Source: Wolbachia endosymbiont of Drosophila innubila
GTDB taxonomy: Bacteria; Pseudomonadota; Alphaproteobacteria; Rickettsiales; Anaplasmataceae
NCBI RefSeq assembly: GCF_021378375.1
Contig: NZ_CP076228.1
Span: forward strand, 480,001-512,000
DNA length: 32,000 bases
Reading direction: 5' to 3'
Shown: in pieces, positions 9,737 to 19,593 of the stretch
Position numbering within the stretch: the stretch's first letter is position 1
Layout: every line of letters begins with the position of its first letter
Notes under the pieces: generated by a model
What the model was told of the DNA's origin: nothing
Seen by the model: only the letters and a program-made list of their open reading frames with translations
Databases searched by the model: none
Made by a program: the position numbers and the translations under genes

Positions 9737-10853
9737 AGGTTAATAGGTGAATGAAGTATTTCTTTACTCCATATTTACGCGTTGGTTGTAATGGGTCTTT
9801 TAATTTATTTCTGCATATTTTTTTTGGGGGGTTGTTTATTAACAATAATATAGAAAATATTAATAAAGCTTTTGTCCATAAAGCACATTCATGAGAGCGA
9901 TATTTTCTTAAAATCAGCTAGCTTTAGATGCTGAAGTTGTGTACCGTTTAGAATAACTTCCTTAATTTTGGATATAAAATAATTTAAACGTAAGATCCAC
10001 TGTAAAAGATAAGATTTAATTTGGAAGAAAAATTGATGTGATTAGAACTTGACCTTACATAGTATAGGAATATTTTTTATAAAAAGAACAATATCCATTT
10101 GAAATGTAAAATTATCATAAATTTTTCTTTTTGTTCTCAAATGAATTACTATTAATTTAGTATTATATATTGCTAATAACTTAAATAATCCAACCATTTC
10201 CAGCAACAAAAACCGCTACCCGTGAGAACATTTTTCTTTGGGATGGGATGGTCTACCATATGTACCATACGAACTTTTTAATATAACAATTTAACTATAC
10301 GCTAAAACTAGCTATATTAGCCCATTTCATCCATATCTACATACGAACTTTTTTGCCTAAGCTTATTGAAATAATTTAAATCTTCTATTTTTATAACCTT
10401 ATTTTTACGCGGCTTGTTCTCACAAATATACGACCTTTTTTGCAATCTTAGGAAGAGTCAATAATTCAATTCCTTATAACACTAGCTAGCATGGTATCTT
10501 CACTAAAATATTTTTTTAAAAAGTTAGTTGACTTATAAATAATTCTCTACTAATACTAGCATATGTTTGTTTATTCTGCTGAAGTGGCTCCGCAGGTTAC
10601 TGTATAAGCTTCAGCAGTTTTTGTACTCCTTTAAAGCATCATATTCCTATATATTAAATATAGCTGGTGTTCTCAATTTTGTTGATCTATAGTAAAATTG
10701 GCTAAAACTTCCAGTAATAAACAACTTTTAACCTAGCAGTACTCACCATAAAAACTTAACAAAAATATGTAGTAAAAAGATTATGTTGAAATTAACTTGA
10801 CACATACTACACATTCTATATAATATATTCTATATCTAGAGCTAGGATGTAAT

Positions 10854-13745
10854 ATGGATACAGGGTCAGTAAAATATATTGCAGAACCTATCAGTGAACA
10901 AAGCAAACACACTGATGAGCAAAAACTGAAGTGTGACCTAAGTGCTGGACAAGAGTTTTCAGAAATAGGTAGCCCAAAAACAGAAGCAACTGGATTACCA
11001 GTAGATAGTTATTATGAATTCATTAAGCGAGGTTTATTTTCGGCTGATAGAAGTTTGGTAGATGATAAAAAATACTTAGAGGATTTAATAGATGAGTGGC
11101 TTATTCATGCACCTAACTTAGGACTGGAAGAGAGTCAAAAAAAGTTAAATCAAAAATTACTCAATAGTATTATAAAAGATTTTAATATGGGAAATTATGA
11201 CTCATTTTCAAATCTTAAGCAGTTTTTAGAAAGTAACGGGAAAAATAAAGACCTGAAGTACGTTCTTAATCTAAAAAGAGGGCATCTAGGAACAACAATA
11301 TTGAACGTGTTTCTCGAATACGACGAAATTATTCCTTCTCTTCTCAAAGCTGGTGCTGATCTAAATATGCAGGATAATAAAGGTAAAACACTTTTGCATG
11401 ATACTGCTATTTATTCTAGTGGATATGAAGATCTTGGGTATCTCTTAGATGCAAAAGCTGATCCAAATATACAAGATGAAAAAGGTAACACACCTTTACA
11501 CTATTATGCTGCTAAGTGTAGTGATCAAAGCAGAAAAACTATGGATTTGCTCATAAGCAAAGGAGCTGATTTAAGCATAAAAAATAACGATGGAAAAACT
11601 CCACTGCAAGTTGCAATTGATAATAACAACATTATAGGATGTTTATTAACTAATAGTCAAAAAAAATTAAGAGAGCAACTAGGTAAAATGCTTCTCGCTA
11701 CAAGTTCTGATGAAGATTGGGATAATGCTTATGATCCAGAGGTTGAAAATCTAAGAAAGTTTTTAAATCAATATGAAAATGACAACGACTTAAAGATAGT
11801 TTTAAATGTTAAGGATGATAGTTCAGTACTTCTTGATTCGCCATCTCGTCAATTTCCTAATGTAAAAGCCTTGCTCTTAAAAGCAGGAGCAGCTGATTTT
11901 ATAGGTAAAAAACAAGACAATTATGAAAAATGCGATAGTTTTTTATCAGAGATTTATCAAATAAATTACCTTGCTAAACGCAATGAGTTTTTAAGTAAGG
12001 TAGTAAAAGCTAAAAGCATGATTGAATTACAAGAAGTTGTAAATGAGATTATAGCTTCTGGAATGAGATTAAATTTTGCTAAAGACAAAGATTATTACTT
12101 TGCAGATCACGTACTAGAAAAAATTGCTCAGCTAGAAGGAAGCTATGGAATTGCCAGTGATATAGTATGTACATTAATATCAAGAGGAGCAAAGTTAAAA
12201 AGGTCAGAAAGTTTAAAAGTCATTGATACAACAGAATTAAAGTTCAAAGCTCATAAGGCTAATATGATCAGTGCTCATTTAGAGTATGTTAGTAATACTG
12301 AGGAATTTTTTAGAATTGCAAAGGCTGCTACCAGCGGTCAACTATATGATGGAAAAATCGATAATAATGTATTTTACTTAGAATACTCAGAGGATAGTAT
12401 AATAGATGTTGCAAGAATCACAGATAGAACAAGAAATCTGGAACTAATTCAGGAATCATATAGAAGGGATATAATAAAAATTGGCAAAAGTAAGATGGAA
12501 ATTATAACCGAAAACGGCATAAGGTATTACACAGATCTTACAGAAGGCAGCGATATAGTATTAACTTTCTATACTAGTTTGGGAAATGTAGATGTTAGAC
12601 TGTATCCTGACGTACAGGATAAAAGCAAAATTATAGTAAAAGTGAGTAATAGAGAGGAAATATTAGAAAAATTCAAAGGTTGCGAAGAAGAGTTAGGCAA
12701 TGATTGCGCGCTTGGCAACTACTGGGTCTACGATGCTATTGAACAGGGATATTTTGAAAGGTCTGGAAAACTTTGTCAATATTCCCAAACAGTTAGTTCA
12801 TCTGCTAAAACTGTAAATAAAAAGCAACAACTATTACAGGATTTACGCAATATTGAGTCTAACATTGTAAAAAAGGAGAAGAATTTTGACATAAAAACCC
12901 ACCTGATAGACATCTTTAAAACTTTATCTAGGTTCTATGAAGAAAAAGGGGATATTTCTAAAACAGACTTAGCTAAAGTAGCAGAAAAGGAAAGTAAAAA
13001 ATTGGGGTTAGAAGGTAAATACAACTGGAGTAAGATTTTTGGTTTAGAGGGAGGAATTATTGAAAAGGCAGAAAAACAAGGTGATAAAGAGCAAAAATCA
13101 AACATACCTTATGACTTCTATTTAGAGCACGCAATCAATAATGGAAGCTGTTTTTTTGATTCATTCAGGCAAAGTCTAGAACAACAGAAGGGAATCAAAG
13201 TTACTGTAGAGCAGTTAAGGAATGAGTGTAAGAGATTTGCGCAAGACAATCCTCCAGAGTGGTTTATAAGTAAAATTGGCAATGACTTTGATGAGGTTGA
13301 AGGTGAGTTCGTAAATCGTAGAATTACGTGTAACCAATATATCAATAGCATTGGAAAAAATGAATTTTGGGGACGTTCCGATATCGAGGGCAGAGTACTT
13401 TGTGGTAAGTATGGTGTGAAATTGCATGTTGCAGAGAGTAATCCATTAAATGCTACTGGTGAGCAACAAGATCCATACTTGCATCAACTAATAGATAGTT
13501 CAGGATCAAGAAGTTCAGGTGAGTATAATAGGATAGATTATGATGACAATAATGTCTTACATATAGTAAATGGAGGCCATGATCATTTTCAACCCCTACT
13601 TTATAGAAATAAGGTCTTGGCAAAACAAACGCAAGAACAAAAATATTCCTTATGCTATTCAAGCTTGCCAAGCTGTAGTATGGATGAGTTAAAGATAGAA
13701 AAAGTATCTCATCAACAGAAGGCACTGCTTGTAAGTAGACCATAG
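10854..13745 (+). CDS. Ankyrin-repeat protein with C-terminal OTU-like cysteine protease domain
   Basis: 963-aa ORF. N-terminal ankyrin repeats (LLKAGADLNMQDNKGKTLLHDTA; LLDAKADPNIQDEKGNTPLHYYA; LISKGADLSIKNNDGKTPLQVA). C-terminal OTU-like motif INNGSCFFDSFRQSL, with a distal His in NGGHDHFQPLL. Confidence 0.85.
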   Translation: MDTGSVKYIAEPISEQSKHTDEQKLKCDLSAGQEFSEIGSPKTEATGLPVDSYYEFIKRGLFSADRSLVDDKKYLEDLIDEWLIHAPNLGLEESQKKLNQKLLNSIIKDFNMGNYDSFSNLKQFLESNGKNKDLKYVLNLKRGHLGTTILNVFLEYDEIIPSLLKAGADLNMQDNKGKTLLHDTAIYSSGYEDLGYLLDAKADPNIQDEKGNTPLHYYAAKCSDQSRKTMDLLISKGADLSIKNNDGKTPLQVAIDNNNIIGCLLTNSQKKLREQLGKMLLATSSDEDWDNAYDPEVENLRKFLNQYENDNDLKIVLNVKDDSSVLLDSPSRQFPNVKALLLKAGAADFIGKKQDNYEKCDSFLSEIYQINYLAKRNEFLSKVVKAKSMIELQEVVNEIIASGMRLNFAKDKDYYFADHVLEKIAQLEGSYGIASDIVCTLISRGAKLKRSESLKVIDTTELKFKAHKANMISAHLEYVSNTEEFFRIAKAATSGQLYDGKIDNNVFYLEYSEDSIIDVARITDRTRNLELIQESYRRDIIKIGKSKMEIITENGIRYYTDLTEGSDIVLTFYTSLGNVDVRLYPDVQDKSKIIVKVSNREEILEKFKGCEEELGNDCALGNYWVYDAIEQGYFERSGKLCQYSQTVSSSAKTVNKKQQLLQDLRNIESNIVKKEKNFDIKTHLIDIFKTLSRFYEEKGDISKTDLAKVAEKESKKLGLEGKYNWSKIFGLEGGIIEKAEKQGDKEQKSNIPYDFYLEHAINNGSCFFDSFRQSLEQQKGIKVTVEQLRNECKRFAQDNPPEWFISKIGNDFDEVEGEFVNRRITCNQYINSIGKNEFWGRSDIEGRVLCGKYGVKLHVAESNPLNATGEQQDPYLHQLIDSSGSRSSGEYNRIDYDDNNVLHIVNGGHDHFQPLLYRNKVLAKQTQEQKYSLCYSSLPSCSMDELKIEKVSHQQKALLVSRP

Positions 13746-14216
13746 CTTTGTATACAAATTGTTACACAGCAATGATGGGAGAAATTTATTTAATAAGTTA
13801 AAAAGGAAACTATTTTATTTAAAAAGTTTACTTAATGTTTATGGATTTTTAAGTACACTCTCAGATTCAAAAGGGGCTATAGATTGCTCCACATGTACTA
13901 CTTTCTGGAGTTGTGTGCTGAAGTTTAGAGTATTGCCTTTTTTGATGTTTAAAGAATTTTCCTCCAGATCTACTATTAAAATATGCAGCTAAAATTGGAT
14001 CATTTTCTACCATTGTTGCACCTAATATGCTAAAATCTTCATCACTTGTATTGATATTTTTACACAATTGATTTTGTAACATTTATTTGCTCTTCTATAT
14101 CAATTTCAACATCTTTTTATGTGGCCCTTTGTAGTAGCTCCTTTTGCAATAACCTTTTTTAATTTTCTGTCACATACTTTTTTCGATGTTTTTTCATATT
14201 GTTGTTTTTATAAACG

Positions 14217-15707
14217 TTACGACGCTAAGCCGTAAAACTTCTCCATCTGCTCACTCCACAGCATCGGTATTTCTCTTAAATCAATCAATTTCAAATCTCT
14301 TGGCTGCTTTCCATTTACTATGTCTTCTTTAATCTTCGGCGCTAAATAATTTAACCTTAAAATTTGTTGTATTCGTCTTGTACCTATATTAATTTTGGTA
14401 CTCAGCTCCTTCACACTTGCATATTTTCCCTCTTCTAGCTGACGTTTCCACAAATGAGCTCTTACCACTGCTTTCAGTAGCGCATTGTTTGTTTTTGCTT
14501 CTGGTTCTACTACTGTGCATTTGTTTCCTTTCTTTTTTAACCACATCGATATAAATTCTACCTTATCCTCTGAACTCATTTCTATTCCATCTTCTTTTAC
14601 CATTACTCCTTTTATTAACTTTTTCACTACTTCTTTCTGTTTTCCAAAACTTAAATTTTGCCACTCTTCCGCTTTTTCTCCCAATTTTCCATATAGCTGC
14701 TCTGTCCTCCTAATTACTTCTTTTTCTACTTCTCCAGCAACTATTGTTCTATTTACTGATTCACAATTCTTTCCTCTTAAATGATTGTTGCATACGTAAT
14801 ATCGATATCTCTTATTCTCTTTTTTTGCATACGTCAACGTCATGTTTACATTACAGCTCTTGCACTTAATTATTCCCCTAAGTAGCGCTTCCTCGTATTT
14901 CGCCTTTCTATATGGTTGATTCTTTATCAATTCCTGCGCTTTTTGCCATTTTTCTCCCCCTATTATTGCTTCATGCTTTCCTTCATACTCTTTCTCATAA
15001 TGTCTTATCTTTCCCATATATATTGGGTTTGTTATTATTCTTCTCACCGTCGCTTTTTTAAAGATATCTGCTTTCGTTCTGTAACCTTGACTATTTAGCT
15101 CCCTTGCTAGTTCTGCCATTGACTTCAGCTCCAAATATCTTTCAAATATATGCCTTACTACTTTCGCTTCTTTCTCATTTATTATTAATTCCTTATCTTT
15201 TACATCATATCCAAGCGGCAAAGTTCCTCCCATCCATAGACCTTGTTCCTTTGATGTCGCTATTTTATTTTTTACTCTCTCGACTATCATCTCTCTTTCT
15301 AGTTGTGCTGCACCTGATAACACTGTTTGTACAAATTTTCCCATTGGCGTATTATTGTCAAATATCTGCGTTACTGCTACAAAATTTACTCGATGCCTTC
15401 TAAAAAATGATGTTACTTCGATGCTGTCTTTTGTTTCCCTTGATAGTCTGTCTAGTGTGTACACTACTACACAATCTACTTCTCCTCCTTTAACATCTTC
15501 AAATAATTCCTTTATCGCTGGTCTTTCTAAATTTTTCCCTGAATAGCCACCATCATCGTACCTTTTTACCAATGCTACCCAGCCTTCTTTGCTCTTTACG
15601 TACTTCTCACATGCTACTCGTTGCGCATCTAAACTGTTAAACTTCTGCTCTAGTCCATCCTCATTTGATTTTCTCGTATATATCGCACATCTTACCTCTT
15701 TCAGCAC
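14217..15707 (-). CDS. Large serine recombinase (phage WO integrase type)
   Basis: 496 aa: AIYTRKSNEDGLEQKFNSLDAQRVACEKYV...VVYTLDRLSRETKDS...GAAQLEREMIVERVKNKI...GLWMGGTLPLGYDV, with a zinc-ribbon-like stretch IKCKSCNVNMTLTYAKKENKRYRYYVCNNH. Resolvase plus recombinase domains. Confidence 0.95.
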   Translation of the reverse strand: MLKEVRCAIYTRKSNEDGLEQKFNSLDAQRVACEKYVKSKEGWVALVKRYDDGGYSGKNLERPAIKELFEDVKGGEVDCVVVYTLDRLSRETKDSIEVTSFFRRHRVNFVAVTQIFDNNTPMGKFVQTVLSGAAQLEREMIVERVKNKIATSKEQGLWMGGTLPLGYDVKDKELIINEKEAKVVRHIFERYLELKSMAELARELNSQGYRTKADIFKKATVRRIITNPIYMGKIRHYEKEYEGKHEAIIGGEKWQKAQELIKNQPYRKAKYEEALLRGIIKCKSCNVNMTLTYAKKENKRYRYYVCNNHLRGKNCESVNRTIVAGEVEKEVIRRTEQLYGKLGEKAEEWQNLSFGKQKEVVKKLIKGVMVKEDGIEMSSEDKVEFISMWLKKKGNKCTVVEPEAKTNNALLKAVVRAHLWKRQLEEGKYASVKELSTKINIGTRRIQQILRLNYLAPKIKEDIVNGKQPRDLKLIDLREIPMLWSEQMEKFYGLAS

Positions 15708-16141
15708 TCTTTCTCCTTATCTCTCATTCCAAATAGAAGCGGCCCATTGTAGCTCATTCCCATTATTTTTCCGGCTACTGCTGATAATGATGTGAAAAAT
15801 TCTTCTCGGTAGATTAAACCCTTATCTGTTACCATTACTGCATGCGTCTCTTCTCCTCTCTCTAGTATTAATTCTGTCCCTTCTACTGGTAATTTATCGC
15901 TACTTATTCTTTTTCCTTTCTCTAGCCGATCTGCCAGATACTCTAGTCTTTTTGTCCCCTTTCTTGACATTTCTCCATATACTTTTTCCTGCATTCTATA
16001 AGCTAATCTTGGTATCAGATATTTCTTTGAATGTTTAGGTGCTTCTTCCCCATATACCTTTTTCCATATTTTTCTCAGCTCATCCAAAGGTTTTCTCTCT
16101 AAATTCATTACTTTCTTTTCTATTTCTTCCTTTCTTTCCAT
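15701..16141 (-). CDS. DUF2924-like phage protein encoded next to the recombinase
   Basis: 146-aa ORF: PLDELRKIWKKVYGEEAPKHSKKYLIPRLAYRMQEKVYG...RLEKGKRISSDKLPVEGTELILERGEETHAVMVTDKGLIYREEFFTSLSAVAGKI. Its end overlaps the recombinase start by 7 nt. Confidence 0.75.
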   Translation of the reverse strand: MERKEEIEKKVMNLERKPLDELRKIWKKVYGEEAPKHSKKYLIPRLAYRMQEKVYGEMSRKGTKRLEYLADRLEKGKRISSDKLPVEGTELILERGEETHAVMVTDKGLIYREEFFTSLSAVAGKIMGMSYNGPLLFGMRDKEKEC

Positions 16142-16153
16142 ATTTTCAGCCTC

Positions 16154-16618
16154 TCATAATTTCTCAAATAACTTTTCTATTCTGTCTGTTTCTTTCTCCA
16201 ATACTTCAGTTACTTCTTTACTATTTTTCGCATAATCCATTGCTGTCATTCCGAACTTATCTTCTTGCTCTATTTCTGCTCCTGCTTCCACTATTTCTTT
16301 TTCTTCTACCATACATGCAAGGTGCAGCGGTGTGCATTTATTTCCATATTCTTCCGCATTTACATTCCCTCCTGATTTTATCAATTCTCTCACGATTTCT
16401 AGACGTTTCTCCGTTACCGCTAGGTGCAGTGCTGTATATCCTCCTACATCTGCTGCATTTACATTCACTCCTTTTTCAACTAATACCCTCACTGTTTTTG
16501 CGTCTACTGCATAATGCAGAGCTGTTCTGTCTCTTGCATAAATATTTTTATATGAGTTCTCTAATAATTCTTTTGCTGATTTATTAAATTTTCCAAGCTT
16601 TAACATAATCCACCTCAC
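16154..16618 (-). CDS. Ankyrin-repeat protein
   Basis: Ankyrin motifs: DRTALHYAVDAKTVRVLVEKGVNVNAADVGGYTALHLAVTEKRLEIVRELIKSGGNVNAEEYGNKCTPLHLAC. Confidence 0.9.
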   Translation of the reverse strand: MRWIMLKLGKFNKSAKELLENSYKNIYARDRTALHYAVDAKTVRVLVEKGVNVNAADVGGYTALHLAVTEKRLEIVRELIKSGGNVNAEEYGNKCTPLHLACMVEEKEIVEAGAEIEQEDKFGMTAMDYAKNSKEVTEVLEKETDRIEKLFEKL

Positions 16619-16644
16619 CTTTTCTTTAAAATCAAGTCACCTTT

Positions 16645-17376
16645 TTAAGCCTTTCTTCCTACTACATTTTCTGCCTCATCTATCATTTCGTTCACTTTGC
16701 TTATTATCTTGCTTGCTAAATTTTTACATTCTTCCTTTATTAACGATTTGTCTCTCTTCCTTATTTCTTCTATCTCTATTATTTTTAACTCTGGTAAATA
16801 ACTCCCATTCAACATGTCTGCTATTTCTCCCACTAGCTTCTCTATTCCATAGCACGTCAGTTCTCTACTTTTTGTTACTCCTCCTTTTTCTCTCAGAAAT
16901 TTGCTCGCCTTTTCACTCTCTTTGCTGTCACATAGACAATACTTTTCACTTTCCCATATGTAATACATTGGTGTTGCACCGTACTTATTCAGTTGATTAA
17001 CTTCAGCTCCCGCTTTTACTAGCTCTTTTATTATTTCAACTTTTGCTCCTCCTATTTTGCACGCAGAGTGGAGTGGCGTACATCCACTGACATATTGAGT
17101 GGCATTTACTTCTGCTCCCGACCTTAGCAGCACTTTTACATTTTCTAAACTCTTTGCGAATACTGCACAGTGTAGAGGTGTATAACCATTTTTATCTCTT
17201 GCATTTACCTCTGCTCCTTTTTTTATTAATAATCTCACTGTTTTGTAATCAGAGATTTCTACTGCTTGATGCAAGATCGTCTCTCCTTCTTCATTTCTTT
17301 TATTAATGTCTTTAAATCCGTTACTTGATACTTCTTTAAAAAACTTACTCTTGCTAAAACTCATTTCATACCTCAC
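16645..17376 (-). CDS. Ankyrin-repeat protein
   Basis: Ankyrin motifs: GETILHQAVEISDYKTVRLLIKKGAEVNARDKNGYTPLHCAVFAKSLENVKVLLRSGAEVNATQYVSGCTPLHSAC. Confidence 0.9.
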   Translation of the reverse strand: MRYEMSFSKSKFFKEVSSNGFKDINKRNEEGETILHQAVEISDYKTVRLLIKKGAEVNARDKNGYTPLHCAVFAKSLENVKVLLRSGAEVNATQYVSGCTPLHSACKIGGAKVEIIKELVKAGAEVNQLNKYGATPMYYIWESEKYCLCDSKESEKASKFLREKGGVTKSRELTCYGIEKLVGEIADMLNGSYLPELKIIEIEEIRKRDKSLIKEECKNLASKIISKVNEMIDEAENVVGRKA

Positions 17377-17532
17377 AAAATTAGCTTTTCTAGCGTTAGA
17401 TAAATTTCTTATGTTTACCTGCTGCTATTCAAGTCATGTCCTTTTTAGCATAAGAAAGCAAGTCTTTTTCTTTTTATTTCATACACTTTTACCTATTATT
17501 AATATAATATATGAGGATCTAAATATAAGTAT

Positions 17533-18690
17533 TTAACTTATTACACATATTGCTTGACTATCTTTCCAACTTCTGTGCAAATGTCGATGTTCGTGCCACT
17601 TCAGTACTCCCGGGTAAAATACTAAAATGTAATTTTCTAATTCGTGTATTGAGTCTTTTTGCTCTAAATCTAATTCACTTTCAAAATGAATATTGTGCTC
17701 TGCTATACCAAATCTTATAACTTTTTGATTGGTAAAATCTTCTACCTTGTAATGGTGAGTAACGCTAAACCTTTCTAAAATTGGCTTGTGTTTTAAATTC
17801 CAATATTGCCCTGAAAGTTTATCGCTTCCCAATACAAATTTATTTCCTCTTTCCTCTACACTACCAACTGGAAAACATGCGTTTATTTCTCCTAAATTCC
17901 AACTGTTGTCTGATAAGACTATCTGTGCTTTTGCAAACTTTATTTCTGGCAATAAGCTCTGTGGTAATGGATGTAGTGCTTTTAAGTTATACCACTGATG
18001 ATTTCTTTCATAGATGCCTTTGTAATCCTTCGTGTGAGGCTCTGTTTCCCCAAGCACTGCTACATCTAACCGATATATGTCATTACTAAATGCTTGCTCA
18101 TAATGGTTACGTAGATAACTCTCTATAACCTTAATTGATTCACCACTAAACCTGAAAAAATTTACTCTTCCAAACGATAATACTGGTCCATCTTTTTCAA
18201 TTTTTATCCCTGAGTAATCCGATAACAAACTTCCAAAAAAGCTTTCATCTAAAATAAATCTGCTAACATTATAGTGATTATTGAAAATCCTCATTAGCCG
18301 CGATCTTGCTGGTAGTGACAATTTTGCTAGCTCTACTACTGCATCTACAAAAAAGTCATTAGGTACATCTTTTATTCCTATCTGTAATTCAAAAAAGTGC
18401 TTGCCAGGTGGTTCTTCGATAATTGTAATGTCTTCTATATTTGCCCATTTTAGCGCTATTTTTAGTGATGCGGGTGTTCCTCTCAGTCTTTGAAATTTTA
18501 CTCCTTCTACTACGGCTTTTCTTCTATCTTTTACCCAGCGCAGTATTCCTTCTAAGCCATATTCTTCTATTATCCACGGCAATGTTTCTTCTTTAAGACT
18601 AAACTTAAATCCTTTTTGGATATCAACCTTATAATCTGTTGCATCTACTAGCGCTTTTTCCTGTTTTGTTGCATTTGGTGGCAATAACAT
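17533..18690 (-). CDS. Phage tail protein I (P2 gpI-like)
   Basis: 385-aa ORF: LPPNATKQEKALVDATDYKVDIQKGFKFSLKEETLPWIIEEYGLEGILRWVKDRRKAVVEGVKFQRLRGTPASLKIAL. Overlaps the start of the baseplate J gene, as in P2-like modules. Confidence 0.85.
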   Translation of the reverse strand: MLLPPNATKQEKALVDATDYKVDIQKGFKFSLKEETLPWIIEEYGLEGILRWVKDRRKAVVEGVKFQRLRGTPASLKIALKWANIEDITIIEEPPGKHFFELQIGIKDVPNDFFVDAVVELAKLSLPARSRLMRIFNNHYNVSRFILDESFFGSLLSDYSGIKIEKDGPVLSFGRVNFFRFSGESIKVIESYLRNHYEQAFSNDIYRLDVAVLGETEPHTKDYKGIYERNHQWYNLKALHPLPQSLLPEIKFAKAQIVLSDNSWNLGEINACFPVGSVEERGNKFVLGSDKLSGQYWNLKHKPILERFSVTHHYKVEDFTNQKVIRFGIAEHNIHFESELDLEQKDSIHELENYILVFYPGVLKWHEHRHLHRSWKDSQAICVIS

Positions 18691-19475
18691 TACTCAACCT
18701 TTAAATTTCTCAAATTTGCACATTCATTTCCCATAATCACAACATCTTCTTTTGGCTCGATTAATTCTACGTTTTCTACACCCTCTACAAATAGGTTTGC
18801 TATTATCCAAGATCTTGTCACACTCCACCCTAATCTTTTTGCTAATTCAAACTTCTTAATAAGCTGCTTCTTGATTTCCTCCTTCGATATTATAGGACTT
18901 ATGCTCATTCTGCTATGAATATCTATTTCCATAATATTGCAGCCAATTACTGTTATCGTATCGGTTAAAACCCTTATATCATCTCTAGTAACCTGCTTTT
19001 TTACAATTTCAAGTAGTTCTTCTGACACCATGCCAGTTGTTGTTGATAAGATTGAAATTTGTACTTTCCCTGGTATAGGTGATTCTACTAATGCATCTTT
19101 TACTCTACTATCTGCCGACAGTGCATGATAACGATAATACTCTTTGCTTCCTCCTGTTGACCACCCCTTTATTTTTGCTTTAATTCTTTTTCTAAATCGT
19201 TCGTCCTCTTCTTCTTTCTGCCTCTCCACTCCATAAAACTCAGCTAAATTATCAAGATCTTCTCCTGTCGCAAACTTAAGTAAATTACTCTTTACTGCTT
19301 CGTTTATCCTTTGTCTCAGCAAAAGCTCTCTCCAGGCTGCTACTTCTAATACCTTCATCGCTGAGTCACTTTCTACTAATGCCGTAAAACTTTCATCTCG
19401 ACTTATTAATTCTTCTTTCATACGTGAAAAGATTTCTTCGAAGTTCAGTGGCTCAATAATGTTAGTCTGCTGCAT
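18690..19475 (-). CDS. Baseplate assembly protein J (P2 gpJ-like)
   Basis: 261 aa: SAMKVLEVAAWRELLLRQRINEAVKSNLLKFATGEDLDNLAEFYGVERQKEEEDERFRKRIKAKIKGWSTGGSKEYYRYHALSADSRVKDALVESPIPGKVQISILS. Confidence 0.9.
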   Translation of the reverse strand: MQQTNIIEPLNFEEIFSRMKEELISRDESFTALVESDSAMKVLEVAAWRELLLRQRINEAVKSNLLKFATGEDLDNLAEFYGVERQKEEEDERFRKRIKAKIKGWSTGGSKEYYRYHALSADSRVKDALVESPIPGKVQISILSTTTGMVSEELLEIVKKQVTRDDIRVLTDTITVIGCNIMEIDIHSRMSISPIISKEEIKKQLIKKFELAKRLGWSVTRSWIIANLFVEGVENVELIEPKEDVVIMGNECANLRNLKVE

Positions 19476-19593
19476 CTTTATACTACAACCTCATCGAAGC
19501 GAATCTTTTTCCCCATTGGTACGTACAACCCTTCCAGGTCAAGCGTTACTTTTCCCTCTTTTACTTCTGTCATTTTTACTTTTTCTAATTTAG
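19475..19593 (-). pseudogene. C-terminal stub of baseplate assembly protein W-like gene, truncated at the IS element
   Basis: The minus strand reads ...IRKSKMTEVKEGKVTLDLEGLYVPMGKKIRFDEVVV* immediately upstream of the J gene, the expected gpW position, and stops at the IS left terminus. Confidence 0.55.

Noticed and set aside
13118-13743. Minus-strand ORFs overlapping the ankyrin-OTU gene
   Set aside because: They are antisense to a long domain-containing ORF and have no coding signature of their own.
15104-16587. Plus-strand ORFs 15104-15403, 16039-16587, 16332-16514 and similar leucine/serine-rich ORFs
   Set aside because: They are antisense shadows of the recombinase, DUF2924 and ankyrin genes, with low-complexity composition and no recognisable domain.
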